Part shown: positions 43,393 through 55,592 of the stretch, piece after piece
Layout: each line of letters starts with the position of its first letter
Numbering within the stretch: the stretch's first letter is position 1
NCBI RefSeq assembly: GCF_009914755.1
Contig: NC_060937.1
DNA from: the human T2T-CHM13v2.0 reference genome, Homo sapiens
DNA: 64,000 bases
Strand: one strand, 5' to 3'
The notes under the pieces: generated by a model
Database searches by the model: none
Seen by the model: only the letters and a program-made list of their open reading frames with translations
Told to the model about the DNA's origin: nothing
Made by a program: the position numbers and the translations under genes

Positions 43393-46300
43393 TTAATACT
43401 GGTTGACTGGGCACTTGTATGCAGTACTTATAGACCAGTAAAAGTGCTCGTTTACCTGTCTGGTGTGTAAGGGGCCCTTTGTCTTGAAGCCTCCTTGGGA
43501 ACTGCACTCTGAGGCACTGAAGTGATCTGAACTAGTGGAAGAGCGTTTAGAAAGGGTGTCACAACCCCCAACAAAGGTGTTGTCCAAAGGGAGTTCCTGA
43601 ATCACGTGGTGCTTTTTCACGGAAACTGGAGTGTCTGGTTTGAGATGAAAAGCAGGCTGTGGAGAAGCAGATTTGTAGTGCTTGGCCAGGTCAGGACTGT
43701 TAGGCTTGAATGTTGTTGGAGGTGCCGGGCCCCAGTCAAATCTTCCTATACTTTGCTCCTCCAGTTCAGCCGGCAGGCTTATTGTCCCATTGATAGGTTC
43801 ATGAACTGCATCATCGGGTTTGGACTCTTCGATAGTAACAAAGTTCAAAAGAGAGCTTTTGGGAGACTTCCTTTTCTTTCTTTTCTTTTTCTTGTTTTGC
43901 TTGTTCTCCTGGTTTGGGGACATCCATTCGGCACCTTGCTTGCTCCTCTGAGCTGCTTTGAACCTTGATGCATGGCGACAGCGCACCAGAACGGTGACGA
44001 AGATCACAACAATGACCACCATGGCACCGGCGATGATGGCAATCATGATGGTTAGATAGTCCTCATTTTGATAGGGTTGGCTACTATCCCCTATGTTCCT
44101 GTCCAACGGGGTCTCCATAGTCCTGCGGATCAAGTCATAGATATAGGAGGCATTTCCAGCAGTGTCGTTAACATAAAGGAATACAAGCACAAGCGTGTGC
44201 AAAGACTTAGGGTACCCCAGGTCACTTATGTTGACCACCAAACGATGCAATCCCACATCAGTAGGTGCTGGTTTTTCTTCCAGAGTAATGTTACCTGTTA
44301 CTGGATCAATCCGGAATAAGCCTTTATTGTTTCCACTCACTATAGTATACTTTAGTTCAGCGTTCATTCCAGTGTCAACATCCACTGCAAAAACTTCTGC
44401 TACCACGGAGCCAGGAATGGCTGAGAGGGGCACCAACTTAAAGGAAGTATTAGACGGTGGAGAAATGACAACTGGGCTGTTGTCATTGACATCCATGACG
44501 TTGATAGTTACTTTTGCAGTAGAGGAACGAGGTGGTTGTCCTCCATCAGTGGCTTTGACATCAAAAGTGTAGGAACTCTGCTGCTCTCTATCAAATGAGA
44601 CATTTGACTTTATGACTCCAGAATAGGGATCCAACACAAAATTATCATTGTCATTTAGAATGGAAAGAGTCACAGCTTTATTCTCTCCAGCATCTGCATC
44701 TGTCACTGTGATTACCCCCACAGTACTATACTTTGGCAGATTCTCAGACACAAAAAATTGAAAATGATTATGAGTAAACTTGGGGCTATTGTCATTCTCA
44801 TCCAGAACAGTAACAATCACAGCCGCTTGGCTTTGGAGGGGAGGGGTCCCATTATCCCTGGCAGTTACTGTAAAAATGAATCGTTCTTGTTCTTCTCTGT
44901 CAAATACTCTGGAGGCTGTCAAAACTCCTGTTTTTCGGTCCAGATCAAAGAAGGAGGCATTCGGTCCAAGCTGATAAACAATGTCTGCATTTTTCCCACT
45001 GTCTTCATCTGTGGCACTAATAGTTGTTAAGTATAACCCACGTCGGTTGTTTTCAGAAACTGACAGCTCAATTACAGGCTGGTTGAAAATTGGTGGGTTG
45101 TCATTTTCATCCTCAAGCTTAACCCTTACCAGGGCAGTCTGATTTAAACTGGGCTTCCCAGAATCAGAGGCAACAATTTTAAAGCTGAATTCTTTGGTGC
45201 CCTCATAGTCCAACAAAGAAGAGGTCTCTAACAAATATTGGTTGTCATATACCGCCTTCAAATGAAATGGGACCTCTCTTTCAATAAAACAGATCACTTT
45301 GCCATTCACATCTGTGTCCTTATCTGAAACTGTAATTAGGGCAATCTTTGTATTGACAGGATCTTTCTCAGATAAATACACGGTGCCATTGATGGGACTT
45401 ATAATGTACCTGAGGTCTATATTAGGAGGGTTATCATTTACATCGGTGACATTGATGGTAACCGTTGCTCGAGCAGGAGTGGAGCTGCCGTCACTAGCCA
45501 GCACTGTCACTTTGTGAATGGCTGTCTCCTCTCTATCTAAGGACCTCTGAACTGTAATCAGCCCAGTAGTATTATTTAAAGCAAAGAGTCTTTTGGTTGC
45601 AGGGGCGACCTGGGCACCAAAAATGTACCGGATTTCAGCATTACTGCCTATATCTGCATCAGTGGCATGGAGCTGAATTACAGAGGTACCTACGGGAGCA
45701 TTCTCTGGAATATGCACCTCCACTTGACCCTCTTTAAACACTGGCCTGTTGTCATTTACATCACTTACTGTGACCTGCAGTATGGCCGTACTGGATTTCT
45801 GTGGAGTGCCTCCATCCTCTACTTTGATTTTCATCACATAGGTATCTTTCTGTTCTCTATCCAAGTTTTGCTGAACAATCAGTTGTGGCCACTTCTCTCC
45901 CTCTGGAGTTTCCACGATATCCAGTCCAAAAACACTCTGCCCATTTAACAATTCATAATGCTGTACACCATTGAAGCCTGTGTCAGGATCTGTTGCTGAT
46001 GGAATTGGAAAGCGGCTGTTGATCAAAGTGTTTTCTGGAATGGAAATATTGATGACAGGAGATGGAAACATGGGGGCATTATCATTGGTATCCTTGACAA
46101 TTATTTTTATTTTGATCAGCCTGAAGAAATCATTGGGGAGGATCACCACCTCAAGTTCAAAGAAACACTCATTCTCCTCAGCATATGAGGCGCCAGCACA
46201 GAGTTTTTCTCTGTCTATTCTGTTGGAGGTTGTGAAAATTTCCCCAGTGCTGCTGGATACTTTCACCAAAGGGGCATCCCCAGCTTTAGAAACCAGTCTG

Positions 46301-46491
46301 TAGACAAGGCTGGCGCTGGTCCCTGTGGCAGCATTGATGTGAGAAATGTTCAGATCCTTTGGTATGTTTCCTATGGGCACATTTTCAGGCAATTCCTCTC
46401 TAATAGTGTAAATAAGTTCTTGAGCTATTGCGGAATCCAGCCTTAAACAGGCAATCAGAGCAGCCAACAGGTAAAAATCCCTCAGGTCCAT
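43393..46491 (-). CDS. PCDH9: Protocadherin-9, 1032-aa intron-read-through ORF; 43456-46491 (1012 codons) is the coding part of exon 2 shared with spliced isoforms
   Basis: Uninterrupted ORF with strong Kozak context (ATCATGG), signal peptide [23 protein letters not shown], seven cadherin repeats (LDRE, DxNDNxP, AxDxD motifs), [26 protein letters not shown] (43984-44055), basic KKKKRKKRK patch and PDLAKHYKS-type delta-1 Pcdh tail; protein recognised as PCDH9. Confidence 0.97.
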   Translation of the reverse strand: MDLRDFYLLAALIACLRLDSAIAQELIYTIREELPENVPIGNIPKDLNISHINAATGTSASLVYRLVSKAGDAPLVKVSSSTGEIFTTSNRIDREKLCAGASYAEENECFFELEVVILPNDFFRLIKIKIIVKDTNDNAPMFPSPVINISIPENTLINSRFPIPSATDPDTGFNGVQHYELLNGQSVFGLDIVETPEGEKWPQLIVQQNLDREQKDTYVMKIKVEDGGTPQKSSTAILQVTVSDVNDNRPVFKEGQVEVHIPENAPVGTSVIQLHATDADIGSNAEIRYIFGAQVAPATKRLFALNNTTGLITVQRSLDREETAIHKVTVLASDGSSTPARATVTINVTDVNDNPPNIDLRYIISPINGTVYLSEKDPVNTKIALITVSDKDTDVNGKVICFIEREVPFHLKAVYDNQYLLETSSLLDYEGTKEFSFKIVASDSGKPSLNQTALVRVKLEDENDNPPIFNQPVIELSVSENNRRGLYLTTISATDEDSGKNADIVYQLGPNASFFDLDRKTGVLTASRVFDREEQERFIFTVTARDNGTPPLQSQAAVIVTVLDENDNSPKFTHNHFQFFVSENLPKYSTVGVITVTDADAGENKAVTLSILNDNDNFVLDPYSGVIKSNVSFDREQQSSYTFDVKATDGGQPPRSSTAKVTINVMDVNDNSPVVISPPSNTSFKLVPLSAIPGSVVAEVFAVDVDTGMNAELKYTIVSGNNKGLFRIDPVTGNITLEEKPAPTDVGLHRLVVNISDLGYPKSLHTLVLVFLYVNDTAGNASYIYDLIRRTMETPLDRNIGDSSQPYQNEDYLTIMIAIIAGAMVVIVVIFVTVLVRCRHASRFKAAQRSKQGAEWMSPNQENKQNKKKKRKKRKSPKSSLLNFVTIEESKPDDAVHEPINGTISLPAELEEQSIGRFDWGPAPPTTFKPNSPDLAKHYKSASPQPAFHLKPDTPVSVKKHHVIQELPLDNTFVGGCDTLSKRSSTSSDHFSASECSSQGGFKTKGPLHTRQVNEHFYWSISTAYKCPVNQY

Positions 46492-46626
46492 GATAATGTA
46501 TTTATTTTCTTTTCCTGGATTTTAGGGTTTAAAGGTTTCCACTGAGGAATGATGCACAAATTGCAAGAGGAAGCGTGCATGGACTGGAGGATGCATTATA
46601 TCTCATCACTTATTTGGAGACAGCCG
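43456..46626 (-). other. PCDH9: PCDH9 large exon 2 (135 nt 5' UTR + 3036 nt CDS)
   Basis: Minus-strand acceptor ...ttgtgttgacag|CGGCTG at 46627/46626; phase-0 donor CAG|gtaaac at 43456/43455 after ...HTRQ. Confidence 0.88.
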
Positions 46627-47830
46627 CTGTCAACACAATTGTATAGACAATATTATTCTTCAGTAAATAAAAACACACCGTCACAAAATATCACCACACA
46701 TTTTCCCCTGAACATTAGTAAACATGGCAGTTTGCTCTGCCACTGTTTGCAAGTTTACTCTGTGGAGAAAAACACTAAATATCTCCTGCTGGTTGCATTT
46801 GCCGGGAGAAAATAAAATTTTCTACTTTTGAATTAAGGACAGCTGCTATTTTTACCTATATTCACGCACGTTGTTTTTCAGAATACTGTTTAATTCAAAA
46901 CATGCATTCTTGTTCTCCTCTTCCCCTCCCCCTGTCTCACCCTCCTCCTAGCCTCTAACCTACCTCCCTCAGTCTTTTCAGGTGCAAGTGAAAAACACTA
47001 AGTATTTAGCTACGGTTCCTGCTAATTGCTTTGTCACATGTCAAATGTGTTTTCTTCTCTGCCCCACTGAGTCACCTATCTTTTCTAAAAAGGCTATCTT
47101 TTTCTTTCCTCCCAGTTCTTCAACTGCCTTCTAATACAATCTTACTGGGAAACGAGCATCCGGACATGCCGCTGCAGCGGCATCAGAAGCAATAGTCACC
47201 GGCCTCTACACATCCTCATTGCCTAAAAGCACAACAACAAGACTTCAGATTTCTTGCCCACAGCTTGCTCTCCTTTCTCCATATTGACAAATTATCCTCA
47301 TTAGGATTCATAAACACATTAAAACTTTTAAAAATGTATAATAATATAGGATTCCTTTTCCTAGAGGTGGAAGAGAGTGCCGAGATATAAGTGAAACGCA
47401 GCTAACATTCCCATGTAACATCACAATATTTTCTACTGAACATAAAAGAGAAAAAAAATGCAATTTCTTAATCCTGATCTCTGGTTAGAATATTAGTAAC
47501 ATTTGCCACACATAAATACTGCAACCCAATCATGCAGGTAAAAAGGCTTCTGCTTAGATAACTGCAGTTTAAATGGGTGCAAGGCTCCAGGCAGCTACCT
47601 ACTTGAGTAGGACTGGTCAGTTCTCAGGCTCTAATCTTATCTGCATTAGGCTGCACAGTAGCTGATGCCCGCGATTAGTTCCGGCAGAGTGATGCAGGTA
47701 GGGATGCAGATACAGCCGAGTAGGTGAGCTCTGCCCCAACCGTCTACCCAATTACAAGCATCTTTCGCCTACACTGAGGACACATCTAAACACAGAATTT
47801 ACAATTGTGCATGCGAAACTTTACACTTAC

Positions 47831-48387
47831 GTTAGTTGCCTCAACCTTTCCCCTTTCCCAGTATGCTGCAGTTAGGAATGATTTGTTCCAACACATAGAA
47901 AGCCATGCATCTGGTAGCACCAGTTTGGGGAGAAATCAGAAGCAGCAAAATGTTTCCTCCTTGTAAAATGTGTTGCTTCGGGCTGGCAAATTAGCAACTC
48001 CAGAGAACAAATTCACGGATTTGTCGTTAGTCATTCTCTCCACATTTCGTCTCTCTTACCCACTGGGTCTGGGTTCTTCTGGGCATTTAGCACACACAAC
48101 ACATAGTTGCACTTCTTCAGCTCAGGGATATTTTCCACAGCAGCATGCATCCCATTTCCATCCGATGCCAATACTGCTTAAGTCTCTAACTTCTTGTAGG
48201 AAACGTCAGAGTTGCGGTGATGATGATTCTCTGACAGCTATCCGGGTGACAGTTGCCCGAAAAATTCCTAATCGGTTATCTCTTGCGTGCTTCAGAGACT
48301 CTGAGGCGCTCCTTTCCGTCTCGCGTGCTCTCCCTCTCTCCCTTCCCCTCTGCCCCTCTCTCCTTCTCCCTCTCCTCTCTCTGAACT
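47831..48387 (-). other. PCDH9: PCDH9 non-coding exon 1
   Basis: Consensus donor AAC|GTAAGT at 47831/47830; 5' end inferred from Inr-like TCAGTTC (A at 48387) downstream of the CCAAT and GC boxes. Confidence 0.75.
48325..48382. repeat. Polypyrimidine/polypurine (CT/GA) tract at the start of exon 1
   Basis: ctctccctctctcccttcccctctgcccctctctccttctccctctcctctctct. Confidence 0.85.
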
Positions 48388-48470
48388 GAATTTCTTGATA
48401 TAACTCTCAATAAGCCCAGAGGGAGGGCGTGACTGCCCAGGCCCCGCCCCCGGGCTCTGATTGGCCTGCA
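48383..48470 (-). promoter_or_regulatory. PCDH9 core promoter: CCAAT box (48460-48464), GC box GGGGCGGGGC (48441-48450), initiator TCAGTTC (48383-48389)
   Basis: Motifs read on the minus strand at canonical distances (~-75 and ~-55) from the Inr, at the edge of the CpG island. Confidence 0.75.
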
Positions 48471-51400
48471 TCTTGCGGCGCGGGCGGCCGCAGCCCGGCG
48501 CGAGGGAGGGAGCGCGGAACAAGGCGCTGACTGTCTCCCAGCCTCCCCTCCTCCGCGCCCCCTCGGCAGCAGCGAAAACCCGGAAATCTGATCCTGGCCC
48601 CAGGAGAGCCGGGTTCCATGAGGTGCACTGAGCATGCTCTGCAGGGTCCGGCGTGGGGAGGGACGCGCTGGCGCTCCCCAGGCCCGGGCGGAAGCGGCGC
48701 TCGCAGGCGCTGAAAGCGAGCGACCCTCTGAGCCCGGGCGGTCCGGCGGGCAAGGGCGGCGCGGGAGACCCGCAGGGCGCGGGCGCGGATCCGGGGAACC
48801 AGGGCCACCGCTGCGGGCGGATGGGGGTCACCGAGGCGGCTCGTCTCCAGGCGCACACTTCGCACATCTCTTTGCTAAGTGAAGGGGCCAAAATGCACAG
48901 ATGGGGGAGTCTACCCAGGAACAGAGGCGCGAGACGTATAGCCACCCCTGGGTTGGGAGCACGAGCCAGCAGATCCCCGGAGCGCGTTAAACGGACAACA
49001 TGCCCGGTGCTGCAAATAGAGGCTTTTGCTGGCAGGGACATTGGAAAGAAGGGCGGAGAGGGAGTACAGCGAAAGGTGGGGACCGCAGAATTTGGAATCT
49101 CTGCGGAGACCGGAAAGAAAATTAATCGGAGCACTTCCTACATGCAGAGCCACGGAAACTGCCTTGGAAAGAGAAAGTGGCAGCGTCTGGGTCCCCTCGG
49201 TCAGCCCGGGCCAGTCGGCTGCGCGTGCGAAGTCTCCTCTAGCGGAGCGGGACCGGCCGCGGCGGTGGATCGTGGCGGTCCCTGCACTTCTGCTCCAGCC
49301 GCGCCTGGAAACCTGAGCCCGGACTCGCGGCTGCTGCAAAACCCGCTTCCAGCCCACCTCACTGCGAACTTTGCTTCCGAGGGGCTGGAAGGAGTCCCAG
49401 GCAGCTGTTTCCCAAGCTGTGGAACACTTCCTTTCCCCTAGGCACTTTCTGCTGATTCCAACTTTCTTTCCTGTGATTTTCGTCTTTTCCCGTGCATTTC
49501 ATTTCTCCGACTCCAGCTCTGTACTAAATCCTCACAAGTTTCTCGTTTTCATACGGGAACTGGATGGAATGACTCCCCAAAAAATACAGCTTTATTTCTC
49601 AAATACTGACCCCCAAAGCACTATCTAGTAATATATTTGATTGATCTTTCAAAGTCAGTAAACCACAAAGGTTTGTGTAATGGCTTGTACTTAACGCCTG
49701 ATACCTGAGTAAAGTTTGAAGCATTAACATAGGAACAGTTCACTTGGAACAAAAATTTATTTTCTGAATGACCTATAAAGGTTGTCAGAGAAGGTCTTAG
49801 TACATGATTGAATAACTTGGTCTAACTTACAGGAAGAATAAAGGGCATTTATTTTAAACCTGTGTGTTCCCCATTCTATAATGGGCTGCCTAGGCATTAA
49901 AGGCTCTTGACATACTTAAGCTCTTGACTGAGGGCGTGTTGGAGATTACCCCTTGTTTTTGAGTACAATAGTTTTGTTTGCTTTTTTTCTTTTTTAAGTA
50001 ACATTTGTTTTTAGACGTTTAAATGAAAAGTAAAAAAAAAAAAAAACACCAATCAAGCTTACTAAGCCATATATTGAATAAATAATGACATGATTTAACC
50101 AACTAATTTGACATCACAATTTTCCAACATGAAATTGTAAGCTCTTTTTAATTCAAACTTTTCTGAGTTAATATTCACAGTTCAACTGCAGTGTCTAAAA
50201 GCCCACTGTAAAATCCATTAATCCCTTATATGTAAAATATAAAATACTTTCCTTGCAGATAATAGACTGATATTTTTTAAATATCAAAGCAACTTTTATT
50301 ATAGTAATATTTTGTATGATTAGAATATATAAAATTCAAGAATAGAAAGGACTTACAAGTATCCCAAAGTGAAAAGAAAAATATTGCCTCACAGAATAAT
50401 GTCAGTGAATGAAAGGATGATTCTTTTATCTTACCACAGTAAACGATCATTTTGCCATTCACAAAATCTACAATTAAAGCTAGTACATTGTTCCAATTGT
50501 CACCTATTTTATGCACTGCACTGTTTTTAAATAAATGAACCATCATTGTGATACATTTACAATAAACATAGCAGCACAGCCACTTTCCAGTTCATTTCAT
50601 AAGCACCACAGTTATATCATATTCTTATTCTAATCATACCGTAGTCATTTCAAAGTCATGTTGTAGTCGCAACACATAGCTTAGCAATAATTATTTAACA
50701 TCATTATTAAACGGAGTTGTTTCTCTTTGCTAAGGATAGCTTCACGTGTTGGCAGAACCCATTATTACCTCCTGCTCATAAATGAAATCTTAGTTTGAAC
50801 ACAAGATGAAGGTTAGAGAAGAGAAAAAAAAAATCATCACATGATTCAATTAATGACTATGAGACTTCAATTAAAGAAAACCACAGGTCAAAGCCCCAGA
50901 ATGAAATATGTCTAGATTCTTTTCAAAGGAGATGGAGTTTCAGAGACAAATAGAGCTATGGACTCAGGGCATTATATCCTTTAGGTGTTTATTTGGCATT
51001 ATCTGAACGACTGAGATTCCTTAATGTTCTCAGTTTTACCTCTTAAATCTAGAATAGTTGAGGCTGGTTTGCCCTATAATAATCCGACTTCTAAACTCTA
51101 AAATGAGAACTATTATTAGAGATCTTATTAATATTCCTAGAGGAAAATTAAATATAAAGGGTCATATTCCTAACCCTGTGTTATCACAACTTAAGGTTTC
51201 TTCCCAAAACACTATATAAATCATTTTCATAATGAGAGCTGTTCATAATCTACCTCTCCAATATTAATTTTTTAAGTTAGGTCTGTGTAATTATGAATCA
51301 GGAAAATATTCTTAATTTCAGTTTTTGTAAGGGAACACCTATTTGTTTTTATGCTGTGTTTTATCATTGTTTTTCCTTAGTGAATTTAATAAAATGTTAG

Positions 51401-54400
51401 ATTTCTAATATCGATCTTCCAGTATATATATTAGACTTTTAATTAGATCTCTTTAGTTAACCCTTATTCATCTTTGTCAAAGCGTATTTTCTACTGCAAG
51501 GAATTATGATGTTTTCACCTGTGTTGTACCTGATTAGTAGCATCAGGATACTAATGGGAATTACGCCATTTGAGCTATAGTAAAATTGCTTTAGTGTTTT
51601 CTGCTGGTTATATAGGTCATGGGATACTTGTGAAGCTAAGTCACCTTCAGCCAGCTAACTGAAGACTAAAATGCTTTTGCAGATTTAAACACAAACAGAT
51701 GTGGAGTTAATAAAATTATTTTGTGTTCCACAAGTTTAATATTGTTCTATTTATATATTTAAACAATGATTTCCATGTAATGGCATTTAATAACCTAAAT
51801 TATTAAGCAGTTCAGTTTGTTAATTGGATTTTCATCTAGGATTTTCTAGTTACCATTCAGCATTTTAAAACTACATTTCACACGGAGATTGTAAAGGCTG
51901 TTCCTGTAAGTTACATTTAGAGAAAAGACAGACTGTAATATTCAGAATGATGAAATGACCTCCACAAGGACTTCAAGACTAATATTTTTAACTCTAATAT
52001 ACTAGTTCTATATTCCAATCATAGTTAAAAATAATATAAAAAATACTTTTGTGGCCTGTACTTCTAAGGCTCCTTTAATCCAGGTGTCTTATTATGTCTA
52101 ACGGACATTAATCAATCAATCACAGGGGCTCTCATGTCACAGCAGGCATTATTGTCCCCATTTCACAAAAAAGACTAGACTATTCTACAGTACTTCTGGG
52201 GAAAATTGTGCTAAAAATGCTCAGGGTTATTTATATTATCACTGTTTAGAAAATGACAATGCAGAATTTTAACACCACAAAAAGAAAATTAACACCTTTT
52301 AAGGCTATGCAAACTGGCAAAGTATAGTAAGCTCCTTGAATAATTCTGTTGCTTCACTATTTATTATTAGCTCTTTCATTTTGAACCCCTTTTTAAAAAT
52401 CTTTTTACCTTTTCTTTTCTAGAAAAACCTAGACCATGATAATCAAATCACAAAGGAAAGCAGGTGACAACCTTCATTCTTTTTGAATGACTGAACTAAA
52501 TTTATCCCAATTTGCTATATTTTTATGACTGACAAGGATTATAAATGTCAGGTTTGTAGCTCTAACAGTTATCACAATATAAACTGACATTTTCCAGTGC
52601 CACTATTTTATCATGATTACTATTTAAATAAAGAAAATATTGAATTCTTAAGTTTTATTATTCTTTAAAATTTCAGATTATTTATAGGCATAGCTTTCAT
52701 AACAGATTTTTTCTGCATCACATGTAGGGCTTAAGCAATCATGTAGGAAAACATAGAAAAAAGTTTTAAGATAGTAAACAATAAACGTACATCATGTTTA
52801 ATCTTAAATAAGTTGATTACTTTAAAGTCATGTAATTTCCAGTGAAATATAATGTGAAAATCTTTTTATTTCTTGGGTCTTTATGACATTTATTTCTGTA
52901 ATCTGTAAGGTAAGAACTGTTAGATTGAAATATGGACTATTAGCTATTCAGATTACATTTATAAAATGATAAATGCCTGAAGACGTAAGAAAACCTTGCA
53001 TATTTTTTGGAAGCACCTCTGTTTAAACTTAAAAATAGAGACAAGAAAATGTTGAGGCAAGAACGCATTTCAAGCACAATAGCATTTGCCCAAAAATAAT
53101 TCAGGAAACAGTTTTTTAAAAAGGTATGAGAAGTTTTAAGAATTAATAAACATATTACAGTGTTTTAAAAATTCTCTTTCATTACTTTCTTATTCAAAAT
53201 AGTATGTTCCCTAAAACAGAACTTTGTGTTACCTGAAATAACATTATTTTGGGAACTTTCATTCCCTATTTCTTCAGTCCTCCCTTCTTCATTCTTATAA
53301 TGTTTTTTGTCTTTTTTTTTTTAATAAACTCACATGATATTCTTCTAGAAGTCCAATTTGTTACATAATGTGCACATAAATAGACTTACTAATATAGGGC
53401 AGGATGGATAAGCCTCATTTTTCTCTTATAGTCTCCTCTTAGGAACCAAATTCCCCCCACAGTCCCCCTCTAATTGAATTAGGATGAGTCAGGGAGACAA
53501 TGTACATTGTTGACTTCTGCAGCCCTGGCTTAACTCCGTATCACTGATAACACCAAAGTAATGGAAATGGGGATTGCTAAGCCTTTAAAAGATACTGTTA
53601 TGCTTTTTATGAGAATTAAGTTAATATTACTCTGCTTACAAAAATTACATATCTTTGTGTGTTTATACACGTGTTCTTTAGAATAATTTTTTTCTTAAAT
53701 GAAAATCCTATTCTGTAGTGCCCTGTAATACAAGCCTTTAAATAGTCCTACAATGTACCATGTCTTTTCATTCCCATGCTTATGAATTTACTGTTCTCCA
53801 GCCACAGATTGGTAAAACATTCAGAAAGAATTAAGAGAACGTCAAAGAAACTTCTTGGCTGCAGGGAATGGGGTTGGTAAGTAAGCCAGAATGTATCATA
53901 AAAAAGATTCATTTTTTTAAAAACAGTATGTCATAAGAAACATTATATGTGGAGCTTATTCGAAACTCTAATTTAAAATATTATCCTTGCAAAAATATCA
54001 CCTGTAAAATATAAGACAAACAATAAGTACCTGTAATAATAACATTGAAAAGATTATAAATGTTTCCTGATGTCACAAAAAAATTCACATAATGTTTTGA
54101 TTTTAAAGAACAAATGAGTACCATGTTTTACATCTATGGACTAGTTGCAGATTACTTGTGTAATTTCTATACGTTACAACTATACCAATATAGGTGTCCT
54201 TAATGGCTATGCTAACAGAGAGTAATTACATTATTTTTGAATAATATTTGTCCCTCACCAGGGGATGAGGCCAACTTTTCAGTATAACAGATAAGTAGAT
54301 TCTAAAGACCAGGTGAAACTTCAGGTAAATACCACAATTCGTTGAAAAAGGTAGAAGTGAGAATTACATAAAATAATTGCAAAGCATGTAAGGGAGAAAT

Positions 54401-54785
54401 TCATTGTTAAAAAATATATTAATCAGCTCATTCAAACCTATTTTAAACAACCTACTATATTAAAAAAATAAAAATTAAAGATATGTGCTATATTAAAAAA
54501 AATCTTACTACCTTGGAAATATTTTCTACTTTGTGAATACCCATCACAATATCTCTTTTATGTTTTAGATTTTAAATATTTTGCTTGTTACATTAATCTT
54601 AATAGTTTGAATGCTCACTAGCAAGTAAGTTCTTGATTACATAAATGTACTACCAATCTAGTTATTTTTAATCTTTATATTGGTTCAGATTGTTTATTGG
54701 GTTTATTATTATAAGAATGACATTATGCTAAAGTTGACTTCTTGATTTAAATAACATTCTAGGGTATTTACTGAACCTGATTCCA

Positions 54786-54952
54786 TGTTTCTCAAACTTT
54801 AATGTGAGTAAAATAGCCCAGAGATCTTGTTAAATTAAAATGTAAGTTCTGTTATATTAGCTCTTCAATGGGAGCTAAGGTCCTATATTTCTAAAAAGTT
54901 CCCAGGGGATACTAATGGTATTGATCTGTGGACCACAGATAAAGTAGCAAGG
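54786..54952. mobile_element. MER5-family DNA transposon
   Basis: tttctcaaactttaatgtgagta..gagatcttgttaaa..atttctaaaaagttcccagggga..gtggaccaca..gtagcaagg. Confidence 0.7.
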
Positions 54953-55418
54953 ACCTAAAAGGCATGTTAAATACAAAGTATCATGGCTAAAGGGTGAGAG
55001 TGGGAAGCAAAAGCAGAAGGTTAGAGAAAGAATCACCCCTACCATTTTATCATACAAAGGTTAGTTTTGTTACCAAGCATTCTTTTGATGCTAGTACTGC
55101 TCAGAGGGTCAAGGAATGTATTTATCATCCGCATATTAATTTAATTTAGGTTGTCTCTTTCTCTCAGAGATTAGACATCTAGAGCTAAATTTTAGTTTTA
55201 CTTTGAACTAGGAATGACGAAGAGGTCTCTTTGGAGCCTGGTACTCTTCAGAGGAAGGCAAATTACATAGAACAGACCAATAAGCCTTAGGGCACTTGCT
55301 GAGCAATGTGGGGTACCAGGTCAGACGGGGTTGGAAAGTGTCAACAGGAGGTAATAGAATACATGGTGGACACATTTCGGTCATCTCCAAAGCTCATGAG
55401 AGTTTTTCCTTCTTTGGA

Positions 55419-55431
55419 ATCTATATATATC

Positions 55432-55481
<50 letters not shown>

Positions 55482-55592
55482 ATATATATACACACACACC
55501 ATATATATGTACACTATATATAGATATGCCATATATATATACTACATATATACCATATATAGATATACCATATATATACACAAATATATATA
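55419..55592. repeat. Compound (TA)n/(CA)n low-complexity repeat
   Basis: TA run, ~16 CA units, then degenerate TATATA(C/G) units. Confidence 0.9.

Larger units (their letters stand above)
48280..49400. promoter_or_regulatory. CpG island over the PCDH9 promoter, with ETS-like CCGGAA/GCGGAAG motifs (~48580, ~48688)
   Basis: Abrupt GC- and CpG-rich block in an otherwise AT-rich, CpG-depleted window. Confidence 0.92.

Noticed and set aside
43606-46303. Plus-strand ORFs antisense to the PCDH9 CDS
   Set aside because: Shadow frames of a real coding exon; no independent promoter, splice or domain evidence.
48398-48403. TATA-like TTATAT near the TSS
   Set aside because: Only ~11-16 nt from the inferred Inr and a poor match to TATAWAWR.
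48276-49441. Long overlapping ORFs (280, 262, 152, 148 aa) on both strands
   Set aside because: They lie in the CpG island, where stop codons are rare; the translations are Ala/Gly/Pro/Arg-rich with no domain and several have non-ATG starts.
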